This document shows, piece by piece, positions 39,342 to 50,919 of a DNA stretch of 64,000 nt. A program made the translations under genes and the position numbers. The notes beneath the pieces were generated by a model that saw only the letters and a list, made by a program, of their open reading frames with translations, was not told the origin of the DNA and ran no database searches. The stretch is from Lama guanicoe (taxonomy: Eukaryota): NCBI GenBank assembly GCA_013239625.1, contig MU053493.1:815793-879792 (forward strand). Direction: 5' to 3'. Numbering within the stretch: position 1 is the first letter of the stretch; each line of letters begins with the position of its first letter.

Positions 39342-40421
39342 CGGCAGAAGGGGAAGGGCTGAGTGTTCTCTTCTAAGGAAATGTGGGCCTCACCTCAGGG
39401 TCTCTGGGATCCTAGAAAAAGAGTTATTTCCTTGCTGCAGGGTTCGTGTTCAGCCGTTTGGGAAGTGTGAGGGGTTGCTATTCTCCAAGGTCACAGGTGG
39501 AATTTTCAAGGTTCTGTCTCTCCTGGCTTAAACCTCACCTCTCTCTGAATATGACCTTCAAATCAATTTTTCTGCTTCACACCGGTCTCTCCTAATCCGT
39601 TTCAATGACCCTGTTTGCACTCTGTGCTTGCAGAATGTTTTGCGTGAGAACAATAACCACTTCTGCATGTAATTGAAAGGTCTGTTTGCAGTATGTAGTT
39701 TGCATAGTGAACATCTAGGCAGCCTCCCAGCCCACCCCCTTCATAATTTTACTCCAGTATGTCTCTAAAATGACAGGTTTACCATGACAACCCAGCATCC
39801 ACACTGCACAGCAGGGGCCCAATGTGGCCCCTCCCCGCTGCCTCTTCTGTTAAGCCCCCAGGGATCCATCTGACTTGTCACTGAAGTGCTGGCACATTGG
39901 TCCCCGTTGATATTCGTTAAATTTCTCTGCTCAGAGTCAGATCTCAAAGATCATTTTCACTAAATTACAAAACAGCTCCTCTGACATGTCCCTGGAAACT
40001 GCAGCTTCCTGGCCCACGTGGAGGATGTGACAGGAGACCTCTGCGGATGTCACTAGGACGGCAGACAGAGCCAGTCTTGTTAGGCCAGCCTGCAGCATCC
40101 CCGTTTCCTTTCCTGTCATTATTAGCAATCCTGACAAGCTGTCACCTTGACATGCAAAGATCCTCTTCCCACGAGCGCTCTGACATCCTGTCTTCCTGAG
40201 CCTCTGCGCAGGTGCTAAGCCTGCAGCAGAGAAGGGTTGGCCCTTTGCAGACACCTGCCATCAGGTTCCACTCATTCTTGTAACAGGTGCTGATCGGGCA
40301 CTTATCTGACGGCAGGCATTGGACCAGCATCGCAGGTATCGGGGCTCATAGCCAGAAATAGCTCCCTGTCTGCAATCTCGCTGCAGTAGAGAACATTCAA
40401 CAAATAATTGCATAAGTCACT

Positions 40422-40778
40422 TGTATTACAGGTGCTCAGGCCTGGCAGGTCACAGATTTGGGCAGACAGAAGAACACTCGTGGAGCCGTAGGTACCTGTG
40501 ACGCGCCTTTACTGTGGAGCAGGGTGCACAGGCTTCAGTGGCGGTGGCGGTGGCAGCAAACAGTCCTGTCCACCTTATACAGCAAAGCACACCATCTTAT
40601 ACAACAAAGCTGGCATCCCGCTAATTACGTGAACCATGTGGCCTAACCGTTGCACTCGTGCAGCCCAAGTCATCATTACATAACAATACAGGGGTACTGT
40701 GCACGTGGGACAATATTGCTCAGTCACTGGGCACCAGACATCTGGTGAGGGAGCCTGGCTGTGTCCGTGTTCCCTGCA
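40422..40778 (-). repeat. 3' LTR of ERV #2
   Basis: On the minus strand: PPT gaaagggtggaa (40779-40790), then TGcagggaac...gtaataCA; AGTAAA signal at ~40508-40513. Not alignable by eye to the ERV #1 LTR. Confidence 0.75.
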
Positions 40779-40789
40779 TTCCACCCTTT

Positions 40790-41800
40790 CAGGGTCATTT
40801 GCCGTACAATCTACACATAAGTGTCTTCCGCAGAAGTCCCTTGGTGAGGAAAGTGGACACTAGCATCCATAATCCACAGCAGCAATAGTCACCACAGCAG
40901 CAGGCCACTTACACACAAGCAGACCCTCCTGAATGGCTACTGCCAAACATTCAGAGGTCAGTGATCCCCACCACTCTCTTAGGGGGTCTCCAGTCAGGTG
41001 TTCAGTAGCTGTTGTCTCTTTCCCCAAGGCTGTCAGAGCCTGGCTGATGCTATGGTGAGCATGTGGAATATAAACACAGCAACCTAATCCTGCAAGGGCA
41101 CACATCCCGCCCCCTGGGGCTGTCAACATATCCAGTGCCATAGGATTTTGTAAGGCCAGCTTTTGTAGCTGGTATACCTCATCATTAAGAGAGCCCAGGG
41201 CTTTATGGGCCTCACTGAATGCCCTGGCCGTGTGCACTGCTAAAGTAGTGATTTCTGCTTTTGTCACTATGGTGGCCCCTTGCGGGGGAAAAGGGCTAAG
41301 GGGTAACACCACCAAGGGGCACACCGTGCTCTGTGGCATGCCTTAAATGTTCTCCAATTACTTGGGCGGGTTTGTAAGGTAGGCAGTATTCATGCAGGGA
41401 GAAATGGTCACCCTCATGTGCAAGGTACAGCCAGACATTCTGCCCACAGACACAAAGGCTCCCGTAAGGGACAGGCCAGGCCAAGCTACCACTCCTCTTT
41501 CCCCATCTCCCCCTCTGCATCACTCGGGTAACATTATTGCATAGCCTAGATGGGGTCCATCCGACATGGGCTCTTCCCTCTCAACTCTCAATGCAGAGGG
41601 GAATGGGTGCAACAGGTCCTACCGTCTTGGCTGTCAACTAGCTGAGACCGTCCTGAATTGACTGTCCTACCCAGGGGTGAGTGCAATTTACACGCTCTCT
41701 CACCCCAGAAAACACCTTCTTTTTGGTTAAGTTCCATTGGTGGATCAGTGTCATTCCACACCCTTAAGCAAGTCCAATTAGCCACAGTGGCTGATTTAAC
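40790..41800 (-). pseudogene. env: ERV #2 env, N-terminally deleted and disrupted
   Basis: HRARCAPWWCYP (decayed furin site), LQNPMALDMLTAPGGGMCALAGLGCCVYIP. Confidence 0.85.
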
Positions 41801-41809
41801 TATCTATGG

Positions 41810-44800
41810 GAGCCCATAACAGGCCACATGGCCAACACAAAAGTCCCTTTTAGTATAGCAGCTCAGTCTGCCTGCCACCCCTGGGTAGGTTACCAGTACC
41901 CTGGGAGGCCACTGTCCTGTAACCCATGGGGTTACTTGTAAGTTAGCTTCCAAACCAGGCCCCCATGGTGTTATAAGGGCTACCCAATGCACGTGGGGGG
42001 GCCAAATAGTCCAAGGTCAGGTCCACATTAGGGTCTGCCCCTTCTCAAGTCTGGTCTGTGCCAGTAGAAATATATTGCCTTGTGGTCTGAATCCAGGTTT
42101 CAGCAAAATATCCTTCATCTGTACTTGGAGCTGGACAGGTGCAGCAGTGTGATGGAGCAGTGCATCTACTGGAGCTAGGCCACTACATCAGCTGCATTCA
42201 TTAAGGGCTCACAGGACATCCCATAAACTTTCATAGTCCGTCCCCCCAAAATTGGTGTTGTTGCACCAGCCTGTAGTCCTTGCTTAATAGGCCGTTGCAC
42301 TGTCCTATAACACCTGCAGCCTTTGGGTTATAAGGGGCATGAAACCTCCACTCAATATTCATGTCCCACACCCCTTTGCACTTGGGCCTCAGTAAAATGA
42401 GTTCCCTGGTCACTTTCACCAGAGGGCGTCTGTACACTGCACAAAGGCATGCTAGCACATGCAACATAGCCCCTTGATCTGGGTTTCCAGACAGGTAGGC
42501 AGCTAACAGGTCTTCAGCACTGTCTACACAAGTGACAGCATAACGGCAGCCTTCAGAGCAGGGCAGCCGGCCAGTAATGTCCACTTGCCAGAGAGTTAGG
42601 GGGATTTCCCCTGCAATATCTGGCCTGAAGTGCCTGGGAGTCACCTGGGGTGCTCTTTAGAGCATGTCACACACTGTTCACAGGCATCTGTACCCCTGCA
42701 AGGTCACTGGCAGGCCCCAAGCATGCACAGTGGCCTACATTGTCTTCTGCCGCATGTGTAGCAGGCATCAGCGCAGCCATTGAGCCACATTGCTTCCAGA
42801 AGCTTTATCTCCTGGGGCAATTTCTAGCCATCGCATCTTTCCCAAGGTGTTAGCCTCATCATTTCCCAGTTAGGCCAAAGGTGCATGTCCAGTCACATGG
42901 AACACAGTCACCTGCTTCTGGTGACCCAATTCCCATAGATCCTGACACAAGGGCCTATGCATAATGGATCATTTATTCAAATGCCAGGTAGAGAGCCATA
43001 GGGTTGGTCCTCCATAGACCACCCAGCTGTCAGCACAGGCAGCAATAGGTGACAGTTCACTGGCTACAACCGACCATCCTGCACGGCTCTGCCCACTGAC
43101 CACTCTGGCCAGTCCCAGTATCACATCAAATAGATCAGACTCAGGCTGGATGGCAACCACCATCCCAGTCAGAAGCTGCCTTCAACTGGAACCATCTGTG
43201 TACCATGCATCTCATGCCAGCATGAGGGCCCTACCTTCTTGGTAGGGACTACCTCCAGCTCTGTCTCCAAAGGGGACTTGGCAGAGGACGTACTGTCCAT
43301 GTATGTCACTGGTCCCAGGACCTCCTGGAGCTCCACATGTAAAGGGCTAGTGGAAAACGTGCTCTGCTGTTGTAAGTATGCCTCCCATTTGCCAGTGTAG
43401 GCATTTGGGCTGCCCCACCTTGGAGCCTTGAGGTCCACCCTCTTACCCAGCCCACTGTGGGGTTGGTGGTTCATTCCATCACCAGCATCATGCCAGTTAT
43501 ACTCAGCAGCCAGTAATGCCTCATGTACAGCAGCCAATTGTTTCTCCACGAGGCAGCACCGGCTTTCTGCTCTCTCCCATAGCTGGGACCAAAACCGTAT
43601 GCATTGTCACAAACACTCTGAATGCTGCCACAGACCCCAGCCAAATCCCTCAGGAGTAACATGCAAAGGGCCGGGGCAGGATCAAAAACATGTAAGGTTT
43701 GAGACACCTTGATTGTTCTCTTGGCATCAGCAAAGTCCCGTTCTGCCTCTGGGGTCCAAGCCCAAGTGGCTCCCTTACACATCAGGGTGTGCAAAGGCCA
43801 TATCAACTGGACTAAGAGGAGGACAGCTCTCCGGTCCCCCAGCAAACCCAGGAAGGTTTGTAACTGCTTCACTGCAGGTAGGGTAGGATAGGCCTGCATC
43901 TTATGAATAACTGCATCAGGAATAACTTTAGTCTTACCTGCCCACACGACCCCAAAACCTGACAGACAGTACAGGCCCTTGCAATTTGTTCTCACTGAGT
44001 GCCCAGCCACATGTTTTCAGATGTGAAGCAGAAAGGAGACAGCCTTCCCCAAGTCTGCAAGAGAATCACTGATTAACAGAATATCATCAATATAATGGTA
44101 CCTGGACACTGTAGGTGGCCATCCCAGCAGGCTAGGTCAGAAGTTACCAAACCATGGCTGTAGGGCTATGCAAATATCCATGAGGTAGGACTGTGAACAT
44201 CCACTGTCGTCCTCCCCAGGTGAAGGCAAATTGATCTTGACTCTCAGGGGCCATGGTCAATCCAAAAAAAAAAAAAAAATGCATTGGCCAAATCGGTCAT
44301 GAAATGGTAAGTGCCCAGCTCATGGCTTAGCCCATCCATCAATTTGGCCGCCAAGGGCACTGCAGCATGCAACGGGGGACCACCTTATTTAACTCTTGGT
44401 AGTCCACAGTCATTCTCCGACTACCATCAGGCTTACTCACTGGCCATACAGGAGAATTGAATGGACTGTGGACCGGCTGTACAATACCCACCTTTTCTAA
44501 TCTTGCAATGGTGCCTGTAATTTCATCATGACCCCCCTGGCAGTCTATGTTGTTTGGTACTGGTGACCCGCTGGGGAACAGGCAACTGCACTGGAGGGTG
44601 TTTCGCATGTTGCTGCTCTACCACCTTCACCAGACATACTCACGGGTGGAGCTCACCAGCGGCTGTCACAGGCCTTGGAGCACACCTATGCCCAGTATAT
44701 ATTCTGGTGCTGGGGAAACATGAACTTTGTATTCTCTAGGGGGAAATCACCCTATTCCAAGGGGCAATTGTAAAGCTTTCACCCAGATGCTTTTCCCCAC

Positions 44801-44995
44801 ATAGCCATCTATATATATATATGACACTGGGTATTGAAATTTATCCAGGTTGCTGTATAATAGGGTGCACTCAGCTCCCATGTCCACCAAGGCCAACACC
44901 CGCTGTACATTGTTCAGGGACCAGCAAACGGTAAGCTCCACATGTGGCTTCTGGTCCCCGCCTGCCCCCTGTAGACAGGTTCCTCCACCTTCATC
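41810..44995 (-). pseudogene. pol: ERV #2 pro-pol, disrupted
   Basis: FNSPVWPVSKPDGSRRMTVDYQELNK, QLQTFLGLLG, WRFHAPYNPKAAGVIGQCNGLL. Confidence 0.9.
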
Positions 44996-46005
44996 CCATT
45001 CAGAGGTAAATAAACCATCTCCTCTCCTGGGTATCTCCTGGGTAGGATATGGTCCTCCAGGTGCACTATTCATGTCCCCTGGGACTCCCTGGTGCCCTTC
45101 ACAGGGACATCCCTCTCCATGGGGATGAACCTCTGGTCCTCCCTCAGCCATTTCCACAGCTCTAGTAGATAAGCATTAGGGTTTCTATCTATTTTGGCTT
45201 TATCTGCACCAGCCCTTACAAGGCCCACCCACATCTGAATGCCTGTGACCTTGATGAGTTTCCCAGTCTTCTTGGCTCATCTCCCCAGTTTTGGGTGATG
45301 GCCCGTATGCCCCTTTGCAGATGATGGCAGTCTGCTTCACCCAGACCTGCCACCATCGTGGTGACTTCACTAGCCCTGTGCCCCACATGTAGCCATAAGG
45401 AACCTGAAAGATGTCAAGGGAGCATTCTGCAACACCAAATCCCTTGTTCCTGCTACAAATCTCTCCTTGTCAGGACCACATGTATCTATACTGAGCATGG
45501 CCTGACGCATTCCTAGCTCTCAGAGCACTTGCACCAGCTCCCCATAGGGTTGCCATTTACTTACAGTCTCGGGCACGTTCCCTGCATTGGCCCACACCAT
45601 CTGCACCGTGGCCAGTATCCAATCCAATAAGGAATGGTTACCCTGGCTATTGCATCAGCTATTCTGCAGTCTTTGCTGAAAGGATGATGCAGGGTCGCTG
45701 AGGCATATTTCTCCATTTCCAGGGGAGTATGCATAATCTCTTCCACCCCTAAATCCCACAGGCATAATAGCCAGGCTGATAGTGGCTCCCCAGGCTTTTG
45801 GTGAAGTTGCTTGCCCAATGCCACCAGTTCTGCCTGGGTATACAGGTGGCTCATAGGGAATTCAGTCATCTGCAGTGGGCCAGCAGCCTGCCCTCCCGGG
45901 GCCATCAGCTGCTGCTTGCTCATCTTCTGTGTTAGCACTCCTCAAGCCCGCGATTGCAGCTCCTCTCCTTCTCCTCCTCCTCCTTCTCCTCCCCCTTCTC
46001 AGGAG
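44996..46005 (-). pseudogene. gag: ERV #2 gag, 5'-truncated
   Basis: Homologous to ERV #1 gag motifs; ends in a Glu-rich tract (45961-46000). Confidence 0.75.
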
Positions 46006-46839
46006 ATATGAATCCAAGTGGGAAGAGGTGAGACAGTTAACAAGCTGATCAGAAAGTTATCCTGACACAGCCTAGAGCATATGATGCCAGTGACATGAAG
46101 AAAGCCCAATTATTTTAGAGATCTTAAATCTATAGTCACTAAAGTTATCTCCATGCCCATCAAAGAATTTGGACATCATGGCCAAGATAAAAAAAATAAT
46201 TACTACCACTTGGTCTCAGAGGGCCCAAATTAAGCTTGAGTTTTAAAGTATGATGGAAAAAATGAATATTGAATATGATTCCAGTGTTTTCAAGAGAGAG
46301 CTAGCATCACTGGCCCTTCGCAAGATGTTGGCTAGAAATCCCCAATTTAAGTATGTTTCTCATTGTGCCAGTGGAGAAGTCACAGAAAACCCATTGTGAG
46401 AATGGATTGATTTTTCTGAAGTGGTGAAGTCTGTTGGCCAAGAACCAGTTAATCCTCTTGAGAATGGCCAAGTCTTTAGTGCTTCTTTAACTCTTCTACT
46501 GCCTGCTTTTCATTTTGTGCCACTAGTTCTTCTTCCAAATGTGACTTTTTAGCACACCTAAAGCAAGCATAAAAGCAAGGCATCACAGAGTTTTGCAAGT
46601 TTACCTAATTAGGCTTTTAAAGAGTGAGTATGCAAAGTTACACTAAAGGAAAAGACCGGTACCAGGCAAGAACAAGACACAATTGCACCCTAGTTGATAG
46701 TGTCAATCCACTGAAGGGATAACGTGTCACTTACAAGGAAAGAGTCAGCATGGATTTTCCATTTTCACTGTAAGACTTTCAGATTATCTTTGACTTTCCT
46801 TAAGTCAATATAAATGTACAATTCTGTCTACTCGCAATC

Positions 46840-46901
46840 AGTAACCAAGACATGGAAGCAACCTATGTGTCCATCAACAGATGAATGGATAAAGAAGATG
46901 T

Positions 46902-46933
<32 letters not shown>

Positions 46934-47455
46934 AATCTATATATATATAAGAATATTATATATATATGAATGATATATATTGTAATATTACTCAACCATA
47001 AAAAAGAATGAAATAATGCCATTTTCAGCAACATGGATGGACATAGAGATCATCATACTAAGTGAAATAAATCAGACAGAGATAGACAAATATATGATAT
47101 CACTTATATGTGGAATCTAAAAAAGGACATAAATGAATTTATTTACAAAACAGAAACACAGACATAGAAAATGAACTCATGGTTACCAAAGGGGAAGGCA
47201 GAGTGAGGGATAAATTAGGAACCTGGGATTAGCAGATACAAATTACTATATATAAAATAGATAAACAGCAAGGTACTACTGGACAGCACAGGGAATTATG
47301 TTCAGTACCTTCAATACCTTGTAATGATCTATAATGAAAGAGAATGTGGGAAAGGATATATATATATATATATATGTATAACAATCCCTTTGCTGTACAT
47401 CAGAAACTAATACAACATTGTAAACAACTCTACTTCAATAAAAAATAAACAAATG
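46840..47455 (+). mobile_element. L1 3' end with (CA)n/(TA)n expansions
   Basis: catggaagcaacctatgtgtccatcaacagatgaatgg...caataaaaaa. Confidence 0.85.
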
Positions 47456-47809
47456 TTCAGTTCTGAGGCAGTTAATTTTTTATTATAAAATGAATAATTA
47501 TTTGCTTTATGAATTGGTTTCCTGTCAGTGTGTTTTTGTGGATTCTCTTCAATGACGAAACCAATTTTGGAGAAAATCAAGTTTTGATGTGGCAAATGAG
47601 GTGGAAGCCCCTGCAATGCTTGATGCAACCCAGGACCCCCGGGGACAGTGCCAGTCTGGGACAGGTGCCCACATGTCCCTCTGGCAGCATCCTTTCACCT
47701 GATGCCAGCCTACAATCGACAACAGTAAGTTTTGGTGGGGGAGGGGAACTGCTGTCTGGGGGACATGGGGAGTTGATGTGGTTTCTAACTGTGTCTGTGT
47801 TTGTGGAAG

Positions 47810-49445
47810 CAAAAACAAACAGACAGGCAAACAACAGCAGTGATAACACCAAATTCTGGCAAGAATGCAGAGTAACTGGCTCACTCATACACTGCTGGTG
47901 GAAATGGACAAGGGCACCAGTGCACAGTCCCTTTGAAAAAGAGTATAGCAGCTTCTTACAAACCGTTTGAAGTATACTTATGACACAATCCAGCAGTGAC
48001 AATGTAGGACACTTATCCCAGAGAAATAAAAAATACGTTCACAGAAAAACCTGTACATAAATGTTCATAGTAGTTTATTAATGATCAGTAACGATGATTC
48101 ACATGTCCCTCAGTAGGTGAATGGTTAAATTATGATCCATCCATACCATGGGATGCTTTCAGCAATAAAGTGGAACAAACTATTCTTATACTAAAAACTT
48201 GCATGAATCTCAAGGAAATTGTATTGAATGAACAACAACAAAAACAAAAAGAAACAATCTCAAAAGGCTGTATACTATATGATTCCATTAGTCTAGCATC
48301 CTTGAAATGACAAAGTTATAGAGAACAGATTAGTGGTTGACATGGACTAGGGACAGAGAGAGAGGGCTGTGGCTACAAAGGCTATTAAAGGATGCACCTC
48401 TTTCATATCTTGACTGCGGTTGTAATCACACCAATCTATAAATAAGATAAATAAGGTAAAATTATGTAGAACTAAATATCCCCACAGAGACAAGTCAGTG
48501 CATTTAAAATAGATAAAATGTGAAGAAGTTTGCTGGATTGCTTAAATGCCAATCTCCTGCTTGTGACATCGTAACTACAATTATAGGTTACAAATGGGTG
48601 AAGAGTACATGGGATCACTATTAGTTTTTTACACCTGCACATGACTCTCTAATTATCTCAAACTAAGGAGTTAAAAAATATATAAATTCATCACATTCTG
48701 GGCTCAAGCCTACCACTAAAATTTGGTGGTGACTTAGAGGTTGTCTCTGGAACCAAGGCTTAGAAGAATAGCCAGAGGCTCTGAACAGAGCTATGGGTTT
48801 ATGGGGATGGGTTGTTCCATAAACTCATGGTTAGGGTGCAGAAAAGCAAACTTGAGTGTGGGTTTAAAATATTTCTATAGTTGATGTTTTAATAGATGCA
48901 TTTCAGTAGTCATTATAAGGAGAGGGGAAAAAAGAAGGAAAGGAAGAAAGAGAAAGAAAAAGAAAGGGAAGAAAGAAAGGTGGGAAGAAAGAGAGAACAC
49001 ATTAGAAAAATCACCATTTTGTAAACTTCAATAAAATAAGTGATTCAGACAAGGATCATCGAGGGAGGCTGAAAAGCACTAGAGGAAACATGGTGAGGAA
49101 TGATGTATTCCTGCAGTTCCATAATATCACCCCATAGAGTGCTTGCTAATTAGAAAGGGAAAAACATACCTTCATGTTGGAACCTGCAGATTGTTGTTGT
49201 TATCAAATTAGCATCGCTAACAGAGACTTCTTAACATTATGTGCCTCCTGATGTGATGTGATATAAAATACACAGAAGCTCTATTCTTGCCAAAAACCTT
49301 TAGTCTAAATCTAAACAAGTTTTGAATCTGATTTCCGAATTGCATGAGATAAGGAAAACAGAAGAATCAACCACCCGAATCCAGAATATGGAATACTGCA
49401 TAAGCTCAGTTTCTTCAGTAAAGTAACTTCATGAAAAAAGAAAAA
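47810..49445 (+). mobile_element. Old L1MC-like 3' region fragments
   Basis: tcatacactgctggtggaaatg...caaaaggctgtatactatatgattcc; boundaries approximate. Confidence 0.65.
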
Positions 49446-49459
49446 AGGGAGAGAGAGAA

Positions 49460-50915
49460 TGATATCAGAAAGATGGCAGAACAGTAGTTCTCTGCCATCA
49501 TCCCCACAGAAATCTCCATGGATAAGAAGACCTTTGTGTAGCCCAAGCGTCCAGCAGAGAAGTTCTAGTACAATGTTGCAGGAGAAACATCCAAGAATGG
49601 ATTAACTGAAGAGAGTAAGAGAAACGATTTCACTTTGCCTGCATCCCCCACCCCCCAAGGTGGCAGAGTTCAGCGCAAGAGAGGCCCCCTCAGCCAGCAG
49701 TTTCTCTCATGGAGGAAAGTGAGAGCATATGAATGAGTGACCAACTTCCCCAGCCATGAAGGATGGCTCCCCTGAAGACCACTTTGTTATGCCTTACCCA
49801 CACCAAGGTAACCTGCCAGGCTGAGGGGTGGAGAGAGGAGGCTGGGAGCACAACAGCCAGGGATGCTACTAACTTCTTTACGGTTCTTCCTATTAACCAA
49901 TTCATGGACTCCATCAGGAAGCCCACTCATGAGCCACTGTGAATGCCTACGTGCAGATCCCCCCAGCTGGCCCACAGGAACCCCCACTATGACACACACA
50001 TTTGACCCACACACCCACGCCCCTCCTGGCCGGCTTCCAGCACATGCTCCTGTGGACGGCAAGTGCAAACCTATTTCAGATGGCTAGCAATCAACCCCAA
50101 CTTTATGGAATTGGAAGATGGCTCAAAACTCGAACATTTCAGGATGCTGTCCTAAAGGGGGAAAATGAGAGATTCTCAGCACCTGGCATGGCTTTATAGT
50201 ATTGAAAGAATGCATATAATCTCATGAATTTCCCTACAAGAGGCAACAAGCTGGAGTGGGCATATCCATAGAAAAGTTCTGAGAAAGCCTCAAAGTCCTT
50301 AGCTGGACTGGCCAGTGAAGGTATATCTTGAAGCCAGGCAGTAAAGACTAGAGGAGGTAAATGTTTCTGGAATGCAAAGACAGCAATGCAAGACTGCAAA
50401 GAACACACACACATCAAGGAAATGTGACCCTACCAAATAACACAATAATTTTTTAGTAACTGACCTCAAAGAAACAAATGCCTATGAATTTCCAGATAAA
50501 ATTCAAAACGTTTGTTTTAGAAGCTCAGGGAACTACAAGAAAACATAAACAACTCAATGAAATTAAAAAAAATACATGAATAAAATGAGAATTTCAACAA
50601 AAAGGCAGAAATCACTAAAAACCAGAAAATCTGGAGCTGAAGAACAGAATGAACAAAATGAAAAACAAAAAAACAAAAAACAAAAACATGGAATGGAGCA
50701 TCAACAACAGACTTGATGAAGCAGAAGAAAGAATCCATTAATTTGAAGATAGGTCATTTGAAATTATTCTGCCAGAGAGAAAAAAGGAAAATTAAATTTT
50801 AAAAAGTGAAGAAAGACTATGTGAAAAAATTACGGGACAGTATCAGCAGAAAAAAATTTGCATTTTAGGGGTCCTAGGAGGAGAAGGGAGAGGAAGGGGC
50901 AGAAAACTTACTTAA
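49460..50915 (+). mobile_element. Older L1 5'UTR and ORF1 N-terminal half
   Basis: Starts gaaagatggcagaacag; ORF1-like caacagacttgatgaagcagaagaaagaatc. Confidence 0.7.
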
Positions 50916-50919
50916 ATAA

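Larger units (their letters stand above)
40422..46005 (-). mobile_element. Second class III ERV-S-like provirus, lacking the 5' LTR, PBS and gag N-terminus
   Basis: gag YTQAELVALGKQLHQKPGEPLSAWLLCLWD; pro LALVDMGAEC; RT YHYIDDIL (44078-44100); IN WQVDITG; env LQNPMALDML...CX6CC; PPT and 3' LTR. Confidence 0.9.

Noticed and set aside
46134..46140. agtcact as the partner TSD of ERV #2 (40415-40421)
   Set aside because: No LTR precedes it; likely a chance match.
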